Below, in pieces: positions 46,537 through 57,525 of a stretch of DNA of 64,000 bases (position 1 is the first letter of the stretch; the number at the start of each line of letters is the position of its first letter). This DNA comes from Pseudomonadota bacterium (GTDB taxonomy: Bacteria; Myxococcota_A; UBA9042), in assembly GCA_005792545.1 (NCBI GenBank), contig SXRM01000037.1, forward strand, positions 1,706 through 65,705, given 5' to 3'. The notes beneath the pieces were generated by a model. That model saw only the letters and a list, made by a program, of their open reading frames with translations. It made no database searches and was not told the origin of the DNA. The translations under genes were made by a program, and so were the position numbers.

Positions 46537-46850
46537 CAGCGCCTTTTGCCTGGGCACGATGGATGGCGGGCCTGGCTGTGCCAGGGCTGTCGCTGGCCCT
46601 GCGGCGGCAATGGGTTGCTGCGGCCTGGTCGGTCTATGCGGTTGTGCACTTGTTGGCGCTGGCCTGGGCCGATGCGACGGCGGTTGTGCAGCGCTTTGAT
46701 GGCGACTTGCTGGCCGAGCCTGTCGCCGTGGCATGGATACCGGTGCGCTTTGGGCCACAGGCTGGGTGGGCGCTGGCCTTGGCCCTGTCAGTGCACGTAC
46801 TTGCAGCCTGGTCCGGCGCACGCAGCGGGGTAGCGGCCGACCCGGGCTAA
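46533..46850 (+). CDS. small hydrophobic hypothetical protein
   Basis: GTGA overlap with upstream stop; hydrophobic stretches. Confidence 0.5.
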   Translation: MTAPFAWARWMAGLAVPGLSLALRRQWVAAAWSVYAVVHLLALAWADATAVVQRFDGDLLAEPVAVAWIPVRFGPQAGWALALALSVHVLAAWSGARSGVAADPG

Positions 46851-46921
46851 TCACCTTCCGCCCGCGACGGTCCTGCGCTAACCTTGGGGCCCCAAATCGG
46901 GTCACCGCAAGGACCGCGACC

Positions 46922-47257
46922 GTGCGCATCGTCAACAAACCCTGGGGCCATGAGGAGATCTGGAGCGAGACCGGCCGTTACGCTGGCAAGTTCCTGATCA
47001 TCCGCAAAGGCTTGCGATTGAGCCGCCAGTACCACCAGTGCAAGGAAGAGTCGATTTGTGTGCTCGAGGGTACGCTGTCGCTCGAGCTCGGCCCCGGCCC
47101 TGACCAGGTCGTCAACTTGCTGCCCGGCCAGTCGTGGCACATCACACCGGGCACGGTGCATCGCTTTTGCGCGCCGCACGGCGACGTTCGGCTGGTCGAG
47201 GTCAGCACGCCAGAGTTGGACGACGTTGTGCGTCTCGCGGACGACTTTGCGCGCTGA
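46922..47257 (+). CDS. cupin-domain protein (mannose-6-phosphate isomerase type II C-terminal-like)
   Basis: KPWGHEEIW, LSRQYHQCKEE, PGTVHRF, EVSTPELDDVVRLADDF. Confidence 0.85.
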   Translation: MRIVNKPWGHEEIWSETGRYAGKFLIIRKGLRLSRQYHQCKEESICVLEGTLSLELGPGPDQVVNLLPGQSWHITPGTVHRFCAPHGDVRLVEVSTPELDDVVRLADDFAR

Positions 47258-47274
47258 CAAAGCGCTTGACGCGC

Positions 47275-47303
47275 TTGGCATCGTCGCCGTTCGCCCCTAC
47301 ACT
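47275..47303 (+). promoter_or_regulatory. candidate sigma70 promoter for the giant TPR gene
   Basis: TTGGCA-N17-TACACT. Confidence 0.45.
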
Positions 47304-47457
47304 CGGACGCGCGCCGTGCAGGGCCATCCCGCCCTTGCGCGGTGTGTTCGCGCAAACCGGCGCAGTCGCTCGCGGACGCGCCAGAAATTTGCCGTATCGG
47401 GCACGGCACTAGCCGCGGCTGCAGCCGGGGCAAGGCCAGATCCGTTCTGAGGTTCCG

Positions 47458-50400
47458 ATGATCGCGCCAGATCAATCCGCGCCGACCGATGGCATGCAGT
47501 GGCCTGTGCTGGGCGACGTCGAGCAAATCGCCGAAGCGCTGCAATACGGCACCGCCGACGCCGCCAAGGCGACAGAAGTGCTGCTGGAATTGTCGTCGCG
47601 TGAGCCTCACCCGCGCGTGCGTGCGGCGCTGCTGCGGGCCACAGCCAGCCTGGTCGCCGGTAATGACGCCGCTCGGGCGACGGGGCTGTACCGGGAGTCA
47701 TTTCGTTTGTTTCCGACGGTCGAGGCCGGCCAGGCCCTCGCCCAACTGACGGCGGATGACCCGACCTTTCAGCGGCTGTTCCGCTACGGCCACGTCGTCG
47801 ACGCGGTGGCAGCGCTGGCGGCAGAAGGGCCGACTGCGGTCGAGGCGCTGGCCGATGCCGCGCGAGGCCACGTAAGCCAGGGTCACGGTCGCGCGGCCCT
47901 TTTGTGTCTGGATCGCTTGCTGGCCGCCCAGCCCGAACACGCGGAAGCGCAAGAACTGCGCGAGACGGCGCTGGCCCAGATCGAAGCACGTCAGGAAGCG
48001 CTGATTGCGCAGCGGCTGGCCCTGGCAGAATGCGACGAAGCCGACCGCGCCAACAGCCTGTTGGCCTACGCAGAGCTGCTTTTGGCCGGCGACGAGCCGC
48101 TCGCAGACGCCGCCGCAGCCCTGGCAGACGCAGTGGAGAGTGGTGCCGAGTTCGCGGCTGCAGCGCCGCTGTGGGTCGAGGTTGCGCGGGCGCTGGGCGA
48201 CGAGACCGAATTGACGCGGGCGTTGGCCTGCTCGTTGGCAGCCGGCGATGCGTTGCCAACCCGACTGCAACATGCCGACGAACTGGTCAACATCGCCGGG
48301 ATCGATCGCACCGCGCCGGCCGCGGCCCTGGTCGCGCTCAAGACGCTGCACGAAGCGATGCCGGACGATCTGGCGATTGCCGCGCGACTTGAAGGTGCGA
48401 CGCGACTGGCCAGCGACGATCCCGACGGCCAGTTGGAGGTCATGCGCTTGCAGGCGGTCCGCGACCGTGATCGCCTGGCTGAGACCGTGGCCAGCCTGGG
48501 TCTGGCCTCGCTCGCTGCTGGCCGTCAAGACTGGGCCGGCGCCGAGCGGCACTATCGCCGGGTGCGCACGCTGGCACCGCAAGATGGCGAGGCGTTGGAC
48601 TTTTTCGAGCGATTCTACCGGCAGACCGGCGACCACAAGCGCCTGCTCGTAGCGCTGAGCCAGCGCTTGGGCGCGACCGAGGGTCGCGAGACCGTGCGGA
48701 TTGCCCTGGAAATGGCGCAGCTGTGCGAGGGTCCACTCGAGTCGCCGGACCGCGCCGTCGAGGCCTTTCAACGCGTACTGACCGTGCAGCCGGACCACGA
48801 CGGCGCCTTGCGGGCGCTGCGTCGCCTGCACGAGGGTCAGGGTCGCTGGGCGGCCGTGCGCGACACCCTGGAGCGGACCGCACGGGCCCAACTGGCTAAG
48901 GCAGCAGTGGATCCGCGTACCAAGAGCGCGGCCGTCGCGACGCTCGAGCAACTCGTCGACGTGTGCGCCGATGCCGCTCGCGCAGACGACAAGGCTGCGG
49001 CAGCGCAGTTTGCGCGCCAGATCCTCGATGTCGATCCCGGCCATGCACGCGCTCTGGCGCTGGTCGATGCACACCTGCATGAATCGGGCCGCTTTGCCGA
49101 ACTGGTCGCGGTGCTGCGGCGGGCAGCTGCCCAAGCGGGCGACGCCAAGGCGGGGATCCTGCTGCGGATGGGCAATGTGCTCGCCGATGACCTCGGCCAG
49201 CCTGCGGCAGCCATCGATGCCTGGCGCGCCGCGTTGGACGCCCAGCCGGGGCTCGCAGAAGCGCAATCACGCCTGCGCCATGCTGCGCGCGCTACCGGCG
49301 ACTCGGGTGCTGTGCTGGCGTCGCTCCTGGACGAAATCGGCTCGGTAGTGGGCATTGCAGCAATCGATCTCAACACGCCGGTGCCCGAAACCTTGGGTGC
49401 CGTGATTGCCGCGCCGGCTCAGGCCGACGTCGCGGCACAATTGCTCGAGGCCGCGGTGCTCGCCGAGGCGCGCGGCGATGGAAAACGTCTTGCAGGTCGC
49501 CTCTATGCCCTGATCGCGGCGGGAACCCCCGCGGACGATGCGGCGGTCGAGGGCGTGGTGCGGTGCTGGGCAACGGCCGACGACGGCGCGCAATTGCTGA
49601 CGGTGTTGCAGCGGTTGGTGGGCTTGGAGGACCAGGCCGAGCGCAAGGCGCGGTTGCTGACACTGCAGGCCGATATCCAGCTCAATGTCGCCATGGACAT
49701 GGCCGGCGCGCTGGCGACCGCCAAGCAAGCCCGGCAGCTGTCCGCCGACGATTCGCGCACCCGCGAGATCCACATCGAGGCAGCAATTGGCGTGGGCGAC
49801 CTGGACGAGCTGCGCGGTGCGTGCGGCACGACCAAAGAGGGCCTCAGCCTTTTTGCCGATCGGGCATTGCACATCGCCGCGTCGAGCGAGGGTGTCGGTC
49901 GGTTTAGGTGGTGGCAGGCCGCCGCGACCGTGCTGCACGACGAACTTGGCGAGACGGAGCGCGCCGCGCTGGCGCTCTCTGACGCGGTCCAAGCTTGCTT
50001 ATCGGCAGCCGCGGAACCTGCCACGGCCTCGACGCAGCAGTTCTTGGGAGCAGCGGAGCGCGGCCAGCTGTGCGACCAGTTGCGCAAATACGCCCACGAC
50101 GCGGGATTGCGCGGCGCAGAGCGGCTGGCGCTCGAAGCGTGGCTTGAAGTCGCCGAGGGCGCGGAACTGCGTGCGGCGCGGTTGGCCCTGGTCGACCTGA
50201 TGGTGGCTTCCGGCGAGTTGGGCGACGCCGACGCGATGGCACGCAGCCTCGCCGAAGAAGCGGTAGCCGAGCGCGACGCGACGATGCTGGTGCAGGCGCT
50301 GGACCGCCAGATTGGTCTGGTCCAGGACCCGGAAGTCGCCGATCCGGCTCTGGGCTGGGAGTCGATTGCCGACGTGCTGACCTTGGCGGCGGGCGACGCA

Positions 50401-53400
50401 GAGTTGCTGACGTTGGCCGGCGACGCCCTGCTCGAGCGGTGCATGCGCGCGTGCGGTGATCTGGCACAGGGTGAGACCCTGTGGCCGACGCTGGCCCGCA
50501 TTGCGGTGGCCGGGCTGGCGTGCTGTCGCCCGCGAGAAGCTGCGACGCGCTTGCAGTTGCTGGAATGGCAAGAGACGGCCTGCGTCGAGTCGGGCCAGTG
50601 GCAAGGTGCGGTGCAGGCCGCTCAAGCGCTGGCAGAGGCCAGCTTGGGCGATGGCGCCGCAGGGTCGGCGAGCGCGGCGTGGGTGCGAGCGGCGGAATGG
50701 GCGCAGGACCGGCTGAATGACAGAGCGACCGCCGAAGCGCTCTACCGCAAGGCGGTAGCCGCAAGTCCTGAGGATACTGCGGCGTGGGCGGGCCTCGTGG
50801 CGACGCTGCGCGACGGCGACGCGACGGCGCTCGCGCTGGTCCTTGAAGATGTTCTGACACTGCCGGCGACGGGCCGCGAATCGCGCGCACGCTACGCGCT
50901 GGAGCGCGCTGAGTTGTCGTCGGCCTTGGCAGAATCGGACCCGCTCGGCGCCGTGTGGCCGGTCGTCGGTAGCCTCGGCGAAGTCGACGGCCTGACCGAG
51001 GCCGAAGAGGCGCTGGTCGCTATTGCCGCCGGTCAGTTGGACATGCCGGAGTTCGGGTCTGCGATTGCGCAGCGCCTGCTGCCAGTGTTCGAGCGCCATG
51101 GCCGTGCCGAAGAAGCGATGCGTTGCCGCGAACTCATCGCGCTGCACGCGCCGCGCCGCAGCGATGCCCGCATCTCGGGTCTGGTTGCCGTTGCCGATGC
51201 CGTCGCCCAAGGTTCACCGCGGCAGGCGTTTGACGCCCTGTTTCATGCGGTCGCCGACGCTCCGGAGCGCGCTGACCTGTTCGACCGCCTCGACGCACTT
51301 GCCGGTCGCATCGGGGCTCAGGATCGGCTCCAGCGGCTGCTGCGCGGCATGGCTGGCCTGGACACCAGCGGCGAATTCGTCGCGGTCGCCGAGGCGGCGC
51401 GGGCCGCAGTGCTTGGCAAGCTGGCCCAGCTGGCCGTGGCCCGCGCGGATTACGCTCAGGTCGTTGAGGCCTGTTCGGCGTGGCAAGCCCTGCAAGCCGA
51501 GGCGGCTGAGCCTTGGGCGCTAGCCGAGCAGGCATACCTGGCGCTGGGCGAAGGCAACGCCGCGGACGCTGCCGCGCAAGCCCAGACGGAGCGCGGCACC
51601 CCTGCTGCTCGCGCCGATGCCTGGCTGCGGCGGATCGCGCGCGCAGCCGATGAGGATGCCGCGCTAGCGTGGGAAGTTTCCAAGCAGGCAGTGGCCGCCC
51701 TGCCGCAGGACGTTGGTGTGCGTCAACGCCATCTGGCGCTGGCACACGACCTCGGCGATGACGGGGCACTGGCCGAGGCACTGGCTGGCGCGTTGGACGC
51801 GCTACCGTCAGCGCTGGCGGACGTTGGCGTTGCGCGGCGACAACTTGCAGAAGCGCTCACGCGCTGCGGAGACGACCGGGCCTTGCAAGCCGCGACGAGC
51901 TGGCTCGCGCTTCTGGACGACGATCCGGCCGACGACGAGGCCATCGCGGCGTGCTTCTCCCTGCTGCCGGCCCTGCGGAGCGCCAACGCCGCGGAGGCGC
52001 GCGCCTTGCTGGAGCGGCTGGAACCCATTGCCGATGCGCGCGGCGAGAGTGACCGGGTCGATGCGCTGCTCGACGCCCTGGTCGAGTTGGCCGCGGACGA
52101 CGTTACCCGCGTTGAGCTGTTGCAACGTCAGGCCCGCGTGCGCGAGGTCGCGCTCGGCGACCAGTTGGGCGCGCTGACCTGCCTGGGCCGGGCTGCCCAA
52201 TTGTCTGGCAACGTGCAGACGCAGTTGCCGGGCATGACCACGGCGGGCAAAGCCGCGCTCGATGCCGGCCAGGCGCCAGCGCAAGTGGCGGCGGCTTTCG
52301 AATGGGCTGCGGCAAGTCGCTCACAAGCCTCCGACCGCCTGGCGCTGCGTCGCGCGGGTCTAGGCGTCGTCGGCGATGGTGCCGGGCTCGACGCTAGTCG
52401 GGCGCTACTCGAGGGCGTTCTAGCGGACGATCCGACCGACGCCGGCGCGATGGCGCAGCTGGACCGGTTGGCCGCTGCTAGTGGCGACGCGCGAGCGCGG
52501 CTAGCCCTGTTGAGCTTGCGCATTGCACGCGCAGGCAACGCGGACGAAGCCAACGCGATCTGGCTGGAGCGCGCGCAAATCGCCGCTGATGCCGCGCTAA
52601 CCGATGATGCTCGCCATTCGTACACGCAGGCGGCGCTGTCCGGTGACGCTGAATTGCGCATCGCAGCGCGGGCCGGACTTGCCGATCTATGCGAAAGCAC
52701 CGGCGATCTCGTGGGTGCAGCTGCCGCAGTGCGCGGTCTGGTGAGCGATCATACCGATAAGGACGACCGCGTCGGGTTGCGCATGCGCGCGGCCGCGCTG
52801 GCCCAGGCGGGCGAAGACCTGCCACTGGCGCGCGACATCTTGGCCGAAGGTCTAGCGGAAGCGAGGGACAGCTTGGCGTTGTTCAACGCCATGGATGCCG
52901 TGCTGGCAGACGCCGGCGACGACGAAGCGCTGGTCGAACACCTGCGCGACGCCTGGCAGCGCATCACGGACCTCAGTGACGACGATCGCCACGCCGTAGC
53001 CGCGCGCTGGATCGGTCTTGTTCAGCTGCTGCATGGTCCGGGTGAAGACCTGGCTAACGCCGCAGCCAACCTCGATAGCGGGATGCTGGCCGACGGTGCC
53101 ATTGGCGATGCTTTGGACGCGCTGACCTCCGCCGACACCGAAGGCGCCCAGTGGGCGCCCTGGCAACAGCAAGCCTGGTCGCTGGTGGCTGAGCGGGCGG
53201 CGCGTGCGCAGGACGCTGAGCGCGAACTGGGTGCGCGCTTGCAGCTGGGCACTTCTGGCTTGGACCGGACGACCCGCGTCGATGGCCGGCGGCGCTCCGC
53301 GGCGCTGTTGGATCAAATCGGCGAGACGGGCGCCGCGCTGGCCAAGTGGTACGAAGTGCTTGAGCTCGGCGTCGTCGACAACGTGGGCTGGACCGATGGC

Positions 53401-56400
53401 GATGTTGATGCCATCTTCGAATTGGCAGATCGGGCGGACTCGGCGAGCGAAGCGGGCGAGTATGTGCAGCTCGCTGCAGCCGAACTGACGGACCTGGCGC
53501 GCAAGGCCTCGGTGCTGCTGCGTCTTGCCGACCGGGCGGCTGCTGCCGGTGATCGCGAAGCGCAATGGGCGCTGGCCCAGCAAATCCTGGCTGAAGACCC
53601 TGCGCACAGCGCCGCGCTTGCCGCTCGCGGTGAGGCCTTGGCCGCATGGTCGGATGCCCCCCCCGAAGCTCGCGTGGCGCACGCGCGCGATGTCGCGGCT
53701 CATGCGAGTGATAGCGCGCGGGCGGCCGCACAGTTGGAATTGGCAGCGCTGTTGGTTGCCGACCCCGCCACCGTAGAAGAAGGGGCGCGGACGGCGCTGG
53801 CGATCGCGCAAGCAGACACCAGCCAGGCCCAAGCCGCATTCGCGTTGGTCCAAGCCGTGGCGGACCGGACTGAAGCAACTGTCGCGCTGGCCCGCCTCGC
53901 TGCGCCGCTGTCGGTTGCGGCGGCCGCCTGGCTACAGAACCGCGCCCGCGATGCTGGCGACTGGGCTGAACTGGACGCGCTGCTTGCAGCAAGTGCCGAA
54001 CGCTCAGGCGCTGACGATCCCGACGCTGCTGTCGCGGCGCTGCTCGAATTGGCCGATTTGCGCTCAGGCGAGCGCAACGACGCGGCCGCGGCTGCACAGG
54101 CACTGGACCGGGCCCGCGCGCTTGCACCGACCAACGAATCGGTGCTGCGGCTGCGGCTACAGATGGCCGACGACGCCGGCGACCACGCGGTGGTTGCCGA
54201 CCTGTGCGAAGCGCTAGCGGCCGTCGTCCAAGGCGAGGAAGCGCCGGTGCTGTCTTACCGCGCCGCCGAAGCCTGGTATGCCGCGGACCAACATGACCGC
54301 GCGATTGCTGCGTGCGACCGGGCAGTAGCCGCAGACGACAGCGCGGCCGATGCACACTTGCTGCGCGCCGAACTGCGCGATCGGCAAGGGCAGCCCGAAG
54401 TTGCGGTCGCGGACTTGGACGCCGCGGCCAGTCGCCAGCGTGGCGTGGACGAGGCTGCGGCTGCGCGGTTGTGGCTGCGAACGGCAGAGCTGGCGCGCAA
54501 AGCCAATCTGCCAGAGGCATGGTCCAAAGCGCTCGCGCAGGCCACGGGCGCAGGGGCTGGTTCGCGCGCAAACGCACTTGCGGAAGCGGGAAGTCTCGAA
54601 GGCGCCTGGCTGCGGCGCGCGGTCGCCGATCTGGCGCCCGCCCTGCACGCTGCCAATCTTGCAGGGGAAGCGCTGGCGCTGCGCCGCCGTTTGGCGGACA
54701 CGGCGACGGGTGCCGATCGCCTCGCAGCACGCCGCGGTTTGGCCCAGCAATCGGCAGCCGACGGCGACCCGGTGGGCGCGCTGGCCACACTTTTCGAGGT
54801 CGCTACCGACCGCGAACTGCCGCCGGACGACCTGCTGGAAGTGTTGGTCGAGGCACACGGGGTCGCTGCCTCGGGCGCATTGGTCGAGGATTGGATCGAT
54901 CGGGTGGCCGAGCTGGTGGGCTGCGGCGACGTGCCGGAAGACCAGGCCACGGCGGTCGTTGGGTTTGCGGCGCAGACTGCCGCGGACGCCGGTCGCGCGG
55001 ATCGCGGCGCCGACTTGTGGGACGCGCTGTGGGACCAACGGCCAGACGACGGCGACGCCCGCGACGGCACCCTGGCGTTGCGACGGCAGGCGGACGATCC
55101 GTCGCGTTTGGCAGCGGCGCTGGAAAAGGCGTTGGTGTTCGCCGACGCCGCAGACAAGCCAACGCTGCGCATTGAACTGGCCGCGCTCAAGCTGGACGAC
55201 CTCGGCCGCCCGCGTGAGGCGCTGCGACTGGTGCAAGACGTGCTGGCGGCTGACGCGGCCCACGATGAGGCGCTGGCCTTGGCCGAGCGTCTAACCGACA
55301 ACGCGGTGCTCGGCGACGAGACGCTAACGCTGCTCGACAAACACTATCGAGCCACCAAGAACTGGACCGGCCTGGAGCGCGTGCTCAGCAAGCGCATGGA
55401 ACGCGCTAAGAACGCGGCCGTCAAAGCGGAACTGGCGCAGATGCTGGCGCAGCTGCAGTCCGAGCAGCTGAGCCATGCCGACGACGCGCTGCGCAGCCTG
55501 TGGGCGGCGATGCAAGCCGATCCGCGGCTGACCACGCTTGAGACCATTGAGAAGCTCGCCCGCAATTCGGACCACGACGATATGCTGGCCAAGGCCTACG
55601 GGCAGGTGCTGACTTCGGCGCTGCGGCCCGATGACCGCGCCCAGGTGCTGACACGGGCGGCGGCGCTCGACAAGCGGCGGGGCGACCTGGCGGCGGCCGA
55701 GCGGCGGCTGCGCGAGGCGCTGCAGGTGTCGCCCAACCTTGGTGACGCTTTTGACCTGCTCGACGTGCTGCTCGATGAGCAGAATCGCTTTAGCGACCTG
55801 GTGACGTTGCTACTCGAGCGCGCCGCCAAGGTGGGCGAATCGGATGTGCAGCGGGCGTTGTTCGGCCGGGCCGCCGAACTGGCGCGCGCGACCAACGACC
55901 AGGAAGGGGCGCTGGACGCCTACGCGCGGCTGGCGGCGCTGGACCCGGGCGATGTTGCCAGTCGACTCGCGCAGGTCGAGATTCTGCGCGAAGCCGGGCT
56001 GGATGCGCGCTTGAGCACCGCGCTCGCCAGTCTTGCCGACGTGACCGGCGACCGGCGCGAACGCGCCGAACTGCTGTGCGAAGCCGCCCGCCTGCAGCAC
56101 ACTGGCGCCGACGCCAACGAGCGCATCGAGGGGCTGTACCAGCGGGCCTTCGCGGCGAGCGGCGCCTGCGACGAGGCTTTCGTGTGGCTAGAGCGCCACC
56201 TGCACGGCAACCCGCGGCAACTGATCCCGATCCTGCAGGCGCGGGCCGAAGCGCTGTCGAAGGGTCCAACGCGGACGCTGGCATTGCGCAAGTTGGCCCA
56301 CGCCCACCGCGACCTGGACAACGCTGCTGACGCCTGTGCGGCGCTGGAAGCAGCGCTCGCCGACGACAAGCACAACGCGGCAGTGCTTGACGAACTTATT

Positions 56401-57525
56401 AAGACCTCGGAATTGCTGCGCAATTGGACGTCGTGGGCCAACGCCATGGAACTGCGGCTGGTCACCGAAAAGGCCCGCGACGTTCGCGTCGCGCACCTGG
56501 CGCAGCTGGCGCGGGTGCTGCTGACGGAGCTAGGCGACGAGCGTCGCGCCAAGCCAATCGTGGCGGAATTGCAGAAGCTGGCGCCCAAAGAGCCGGCCAC
56601 GCGGCAGGTGCTGGCGATGGTCAAGTCGCACAGCGGCGACCCGGCTGAGGCTGCGGCAGGCCTTGAGCAGGTGGTCAAGGAGACCGACGACCCGCAGGCG
56701 CTGCTGGCCATCCACCAGCAGTTGGCCGATCTGTACCTGGGCCCCTTGAACAACCCGGGCAGGGGTATTCGCGAGCTGCAGCGGCTGGTGGCGCTCGATC
56801 CGCGGCGCTGGGAGTTCCGGCGCAAGCTGTGCGATCTGTACGCCCAGCGGCAGTCGTTTGAAGCGCTGGCGGAGTCGCTCAAGCAATGGCTGGCGCAGCT
56901 CGAAGACCCTGACGACAAACGCACGCTACAGCTGGCGCGCGGCTTGGAAATCGTGACCATCATGCGGGAACTGGCCGACGTTCTGATGACGCTCGGCAAG
57001 CCGCAAGAAGCCGCGACCAACTTGCGGCGCGCCTGGGAGCTCAACGGCAGTGACGCGGCGCTCAACACCACGCTCGCGCCGTTGCTCGAGCTGACGGGCG
57101 AAGTGCGATTGGCTGGCGAGCTGCACGACTGGCTGGCAGCGCACCACGCCAGCGACAAGGCCAAAGTTGCCGTACACTTGTCGCGCTCGGCGCTGCTGCA
57201 CGAACGTCAAGGCGACCTGCAGGGCGCCCGCGACCGCTTCAAGCGGGCGATGGAGTCCGCGCCCGGCGACGACGAGGCCACGCTCGGCAGCGCACGGGTG
57301 TGCCTGGCGTTGGGCGAAGCCGATCGCGCCATGCGCTTGTTTGACCTGGTCGCGCGCAAGCCGGCCAACACCGTGCCCGCGGATTTGCGCGCCGATGCGC
57401 AGGTCGGCATGGGCAAGTGTCGCCTCCAGCGCAATCAGCGCGACCAGGCGCGGGCCTGCTTTGAGCAGGCGCTGGCGCTGGTGCCGGGCCACAAGGCCGC
57501 TGCCGAGGCCTTGCTGGGGCTTTAG
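47458..57525 (+). CDS. giant (3355 aa) TPR/alpha-solenoid protein
   Basis: Uninterrupted 10 kb ORF; recurring TPR-like units (...LALDPxxxxA...) throughout; no signal peptide seen. Confidence 0.85.
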   Translation: MIAPDQSAPTDGMQWPVLGDVEQIAEALQYGTADAAKATEVLLELSSREPHPRVRAALLRATASLVAGNDAARATGLYRESFRLFPTVEAGQALAQLTADDPTFQRLFRYGHVVDAVAALAAEGPTAVEALADAARGHVSQGHGRAALLCLDRLLAAQPEHAEAQELRETALAQIEARQEALIAQRLALAECDEADRANSLLAYAELLLAGDEPLADAAAALADAVESGAEFAAAAPLWVEVARALGDETELTRALACSLAAGDALPTRLQHADELVNIAGIDRTAPAAALVALKTLHEAMPDDLAIAARLEGATRLASDDPDGQLEVMRLQAVRDRDRLAETVASLGLASLAAGRQDWAGAERHYRRVRTLAPQDGEALDFFERFYRQTGDHKRLLVALSQRLGATEGRETVRIALEMAQLCEGPLESPDRAVEAFQRVLTVQPDHDGALRALRRLHEGQGRWAAVRDTLERTARAQLAKAAVDPRTKSAAVATLEQLVDVCADAARADDKAAAAQFARQILDVDPGHARALALVDAHLHESGRFAELVAVLRRAAAQAGDAKAGILLRMGNVLADDLGQPAAAIDAWRAALDAQPGLAEAQSRLRHAARATGDSGAVLASLLDEIGSVVGIAAIDLNTPVPETLGAVIAAPAQADVAAQLLEAAVLAEARGDGKRLAGRLYALIAAGTPADDAAVEGVVRCWATADDGAQLLTVLQRLVGLEDQAERKARLLTLQADIQLNVAMDMAGALATAKQARQLSADDSRTREIHIEAAIGVGDLDELRGACGTTKEGLSLFADRALHIAASSEGVGRFRWWQAAATVLHDELGETERAALALSDAVQACLSAAAEPATASTQQFLGAAERGQLCDQLRKYAHDAGLRGAERLALEAWLEVAEGAELRAARLALVDLMVASGELGDADAMARSLAEEAVAERDATMLVQALDRQIGLVQDPEVADPALGWESIADVLTLAAGDAELLTLAGDALLERCMRACGDLAQGETLWPTLARIAVAGLACCRPREAATRLQLLEWQETACVESGQWQGAVQAAQALAEASLGDGAAGSASAAWVRAAEWAQDRLNDRATAEALYRKAVAASPEDTAAWAGLVATLRDGDATALALVLEDVLTLPATGRESRARYALERAELSSALAESDPLGAVWPVVGSLGEVDGLTEAEEALVAIAAGQLDMPEFGSAIAQRLLPVFERHGRAEEAMRCRELIALHAPRRSDARISGLVAVADAVAQGSPRQAFDALFHAVADAPERADLFDRLDALAGRIGAQDRLQRLLRGMAGLDTSGEFVAVAEAARAAVLGKLAQLAVARADYAQVVEACSAWQALQAEAAEPWALAEQAYLALGEGNAADAAAQAQTERGTPAARADAWLRRIARAADEDAALAWEVSKQAVAALPQDVGVRQRHLALAHDLGDDGALAEALAGALDALPSALADVGVARRQLAEALTRCGDDRALQAATSWLALLDDDPADDEAIAACFSLLPALRSANAAEARALLERLEPIADARGESDRVDALLDALVELAADDVTRVELLQRQARVREVALGDQLGALTCLGRAAQLSGNVQTQLPGMTTAGKAALDAGQAPAQVAAAFEWAAASRSQASDRLALRRAGLGVVGDGAGLDASRALLEGVLADDPTDAGAMAQLDRLAAASGDARARLALLSLRIARAGNADEANAIWLERAQIAADAALTDDARHSYTQAALSGDAELRIAARAGLADLCESTGDLVGAAAAVRGLVSDHTDKDDRVGLRMRAAALAQAGEDLPLARDILAEGLAEARDSLALFNAMDAVLADAGDDEALVEHLRDAWQRITDLSDDDRHAVAARWIGLVQLLHGPGEDLANAAANLDSGMLADGAIGDALDALTSADTEGAQWAPWQQQAWSLVAERAARAQDAERELGARLQLGTSGLDRTTRVDGRRRSAALLDQIGETGAALAKWYEVLELGVVDNVGWTDGDVDAIFELADRADSASEAGEYVQLAAAELTDLARKASVLLRLADRAAAAGDREAQWALAQQILAEDPAHSAALAARGEALAAWSDAPPEARVAHARDVAAHASDSARAAAQLELAALLVADPATVEEGARTALAIAQADTSQAQAAFALVQAVADRTEATVALARLAAPLSVAAAAWLQNRARDAGDWAELDALLAASAERSGADDPDAAVAALLELADLRSGERNDAAAAAQALDRARALAPTNESVLRLRLQMADDAGDHAVVADLCEALAAVVQGEEAPVLSYRAAEAWYAADQHDRAIAACDRAVAADDSAADAHLLRAELRDRQGQPEVAVADLDAAASRQRGVDEAAAARLWLRTAELARKANLPEAWSKALAQATGAGAGSRANALAEAGSLEGAWLRRAVADLAPALHAANLAGEALALRRRLADTATGADRLAARRGLAQQSAADGDPVGALATLFEVATDRELPPDDLLEVLVEAHGVAASGALVEDWIDRVAELVGCGDVPEDQATAVVGFAAQTAADAGRADRGADLWDALWDQRPDDGDARDGTLALRRQADDPSRLAAALEKALVFADAADKPTLRIELAALKLDDLGRPREALRLVQDVLAADAAHDEALALAERLTDNAVLGDETLTLLDKHYRATKNWTGLERVLSKRMERAKNAAVKAELAQMLAQLQSEQLSHADDALRSLWAAMQADPRLTTLETIEKLARNSDHDDMLAKAYGQVLTSALRPDDRAQVLTRAAALDKRRGDLAAAERRLREALQVSPNLGDAFDLLDVLLDEQNRFSDLVTLLLERAAKVGESDVQRALFGRAAELARATNDQEGALDAYARLAALDPGDVASRLAQVEILREAGLDARLSTALASLADVTGDRRERAELLCEAARLQHTGADANERIEGLYQRAFAASGACDEAFVWLERHLHGNPRQLIPILQARAEALSKGPTRTLALRKLAHAHRDLDNAADACAALEAALADDKHNAAVLDELIKTSELLRNWTSWANAMELRLVTEKARDVRVAHLAQLARVLLTELGDERRAKPIVAELQKLAPKEPATRQVLAMVKSHSGDPAEAAAGLEQVVKETDDPQALLAIHQQLADLYLGPLNNPGRGIRELQRLVALDPRRWEFRRKLCDLYAQRQSFEALAESLKQWLAQLEDPDDKRTLQLARGLEIVTIMRELADVLMTLGKPQEAATNLRRAWELNGSDAALNTTLAPLLELTGEVRLAGELHDWLAAHHASDKAKVAVHLSRSALLHERQGDLQGARDRFKRAMESAPGDDEATLGSARVCLALGEADRAMRLFDLVARKPANTVPADLRADAQVGMGKCRLQRNQRDQARACFEQALALVPGHKAAAEALLGL

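Noticed and set aside
53054-54790. Long Arg/Pro-rich alternative-frame ORFs within the giant TPR gene
   Set aside because: Typical off-frame products of GC-rich codons
47458-57525. Naming the giant TPR gene agmK
   Set aside because: Only size and repeat type are similar; orthology cannot be shown by eye
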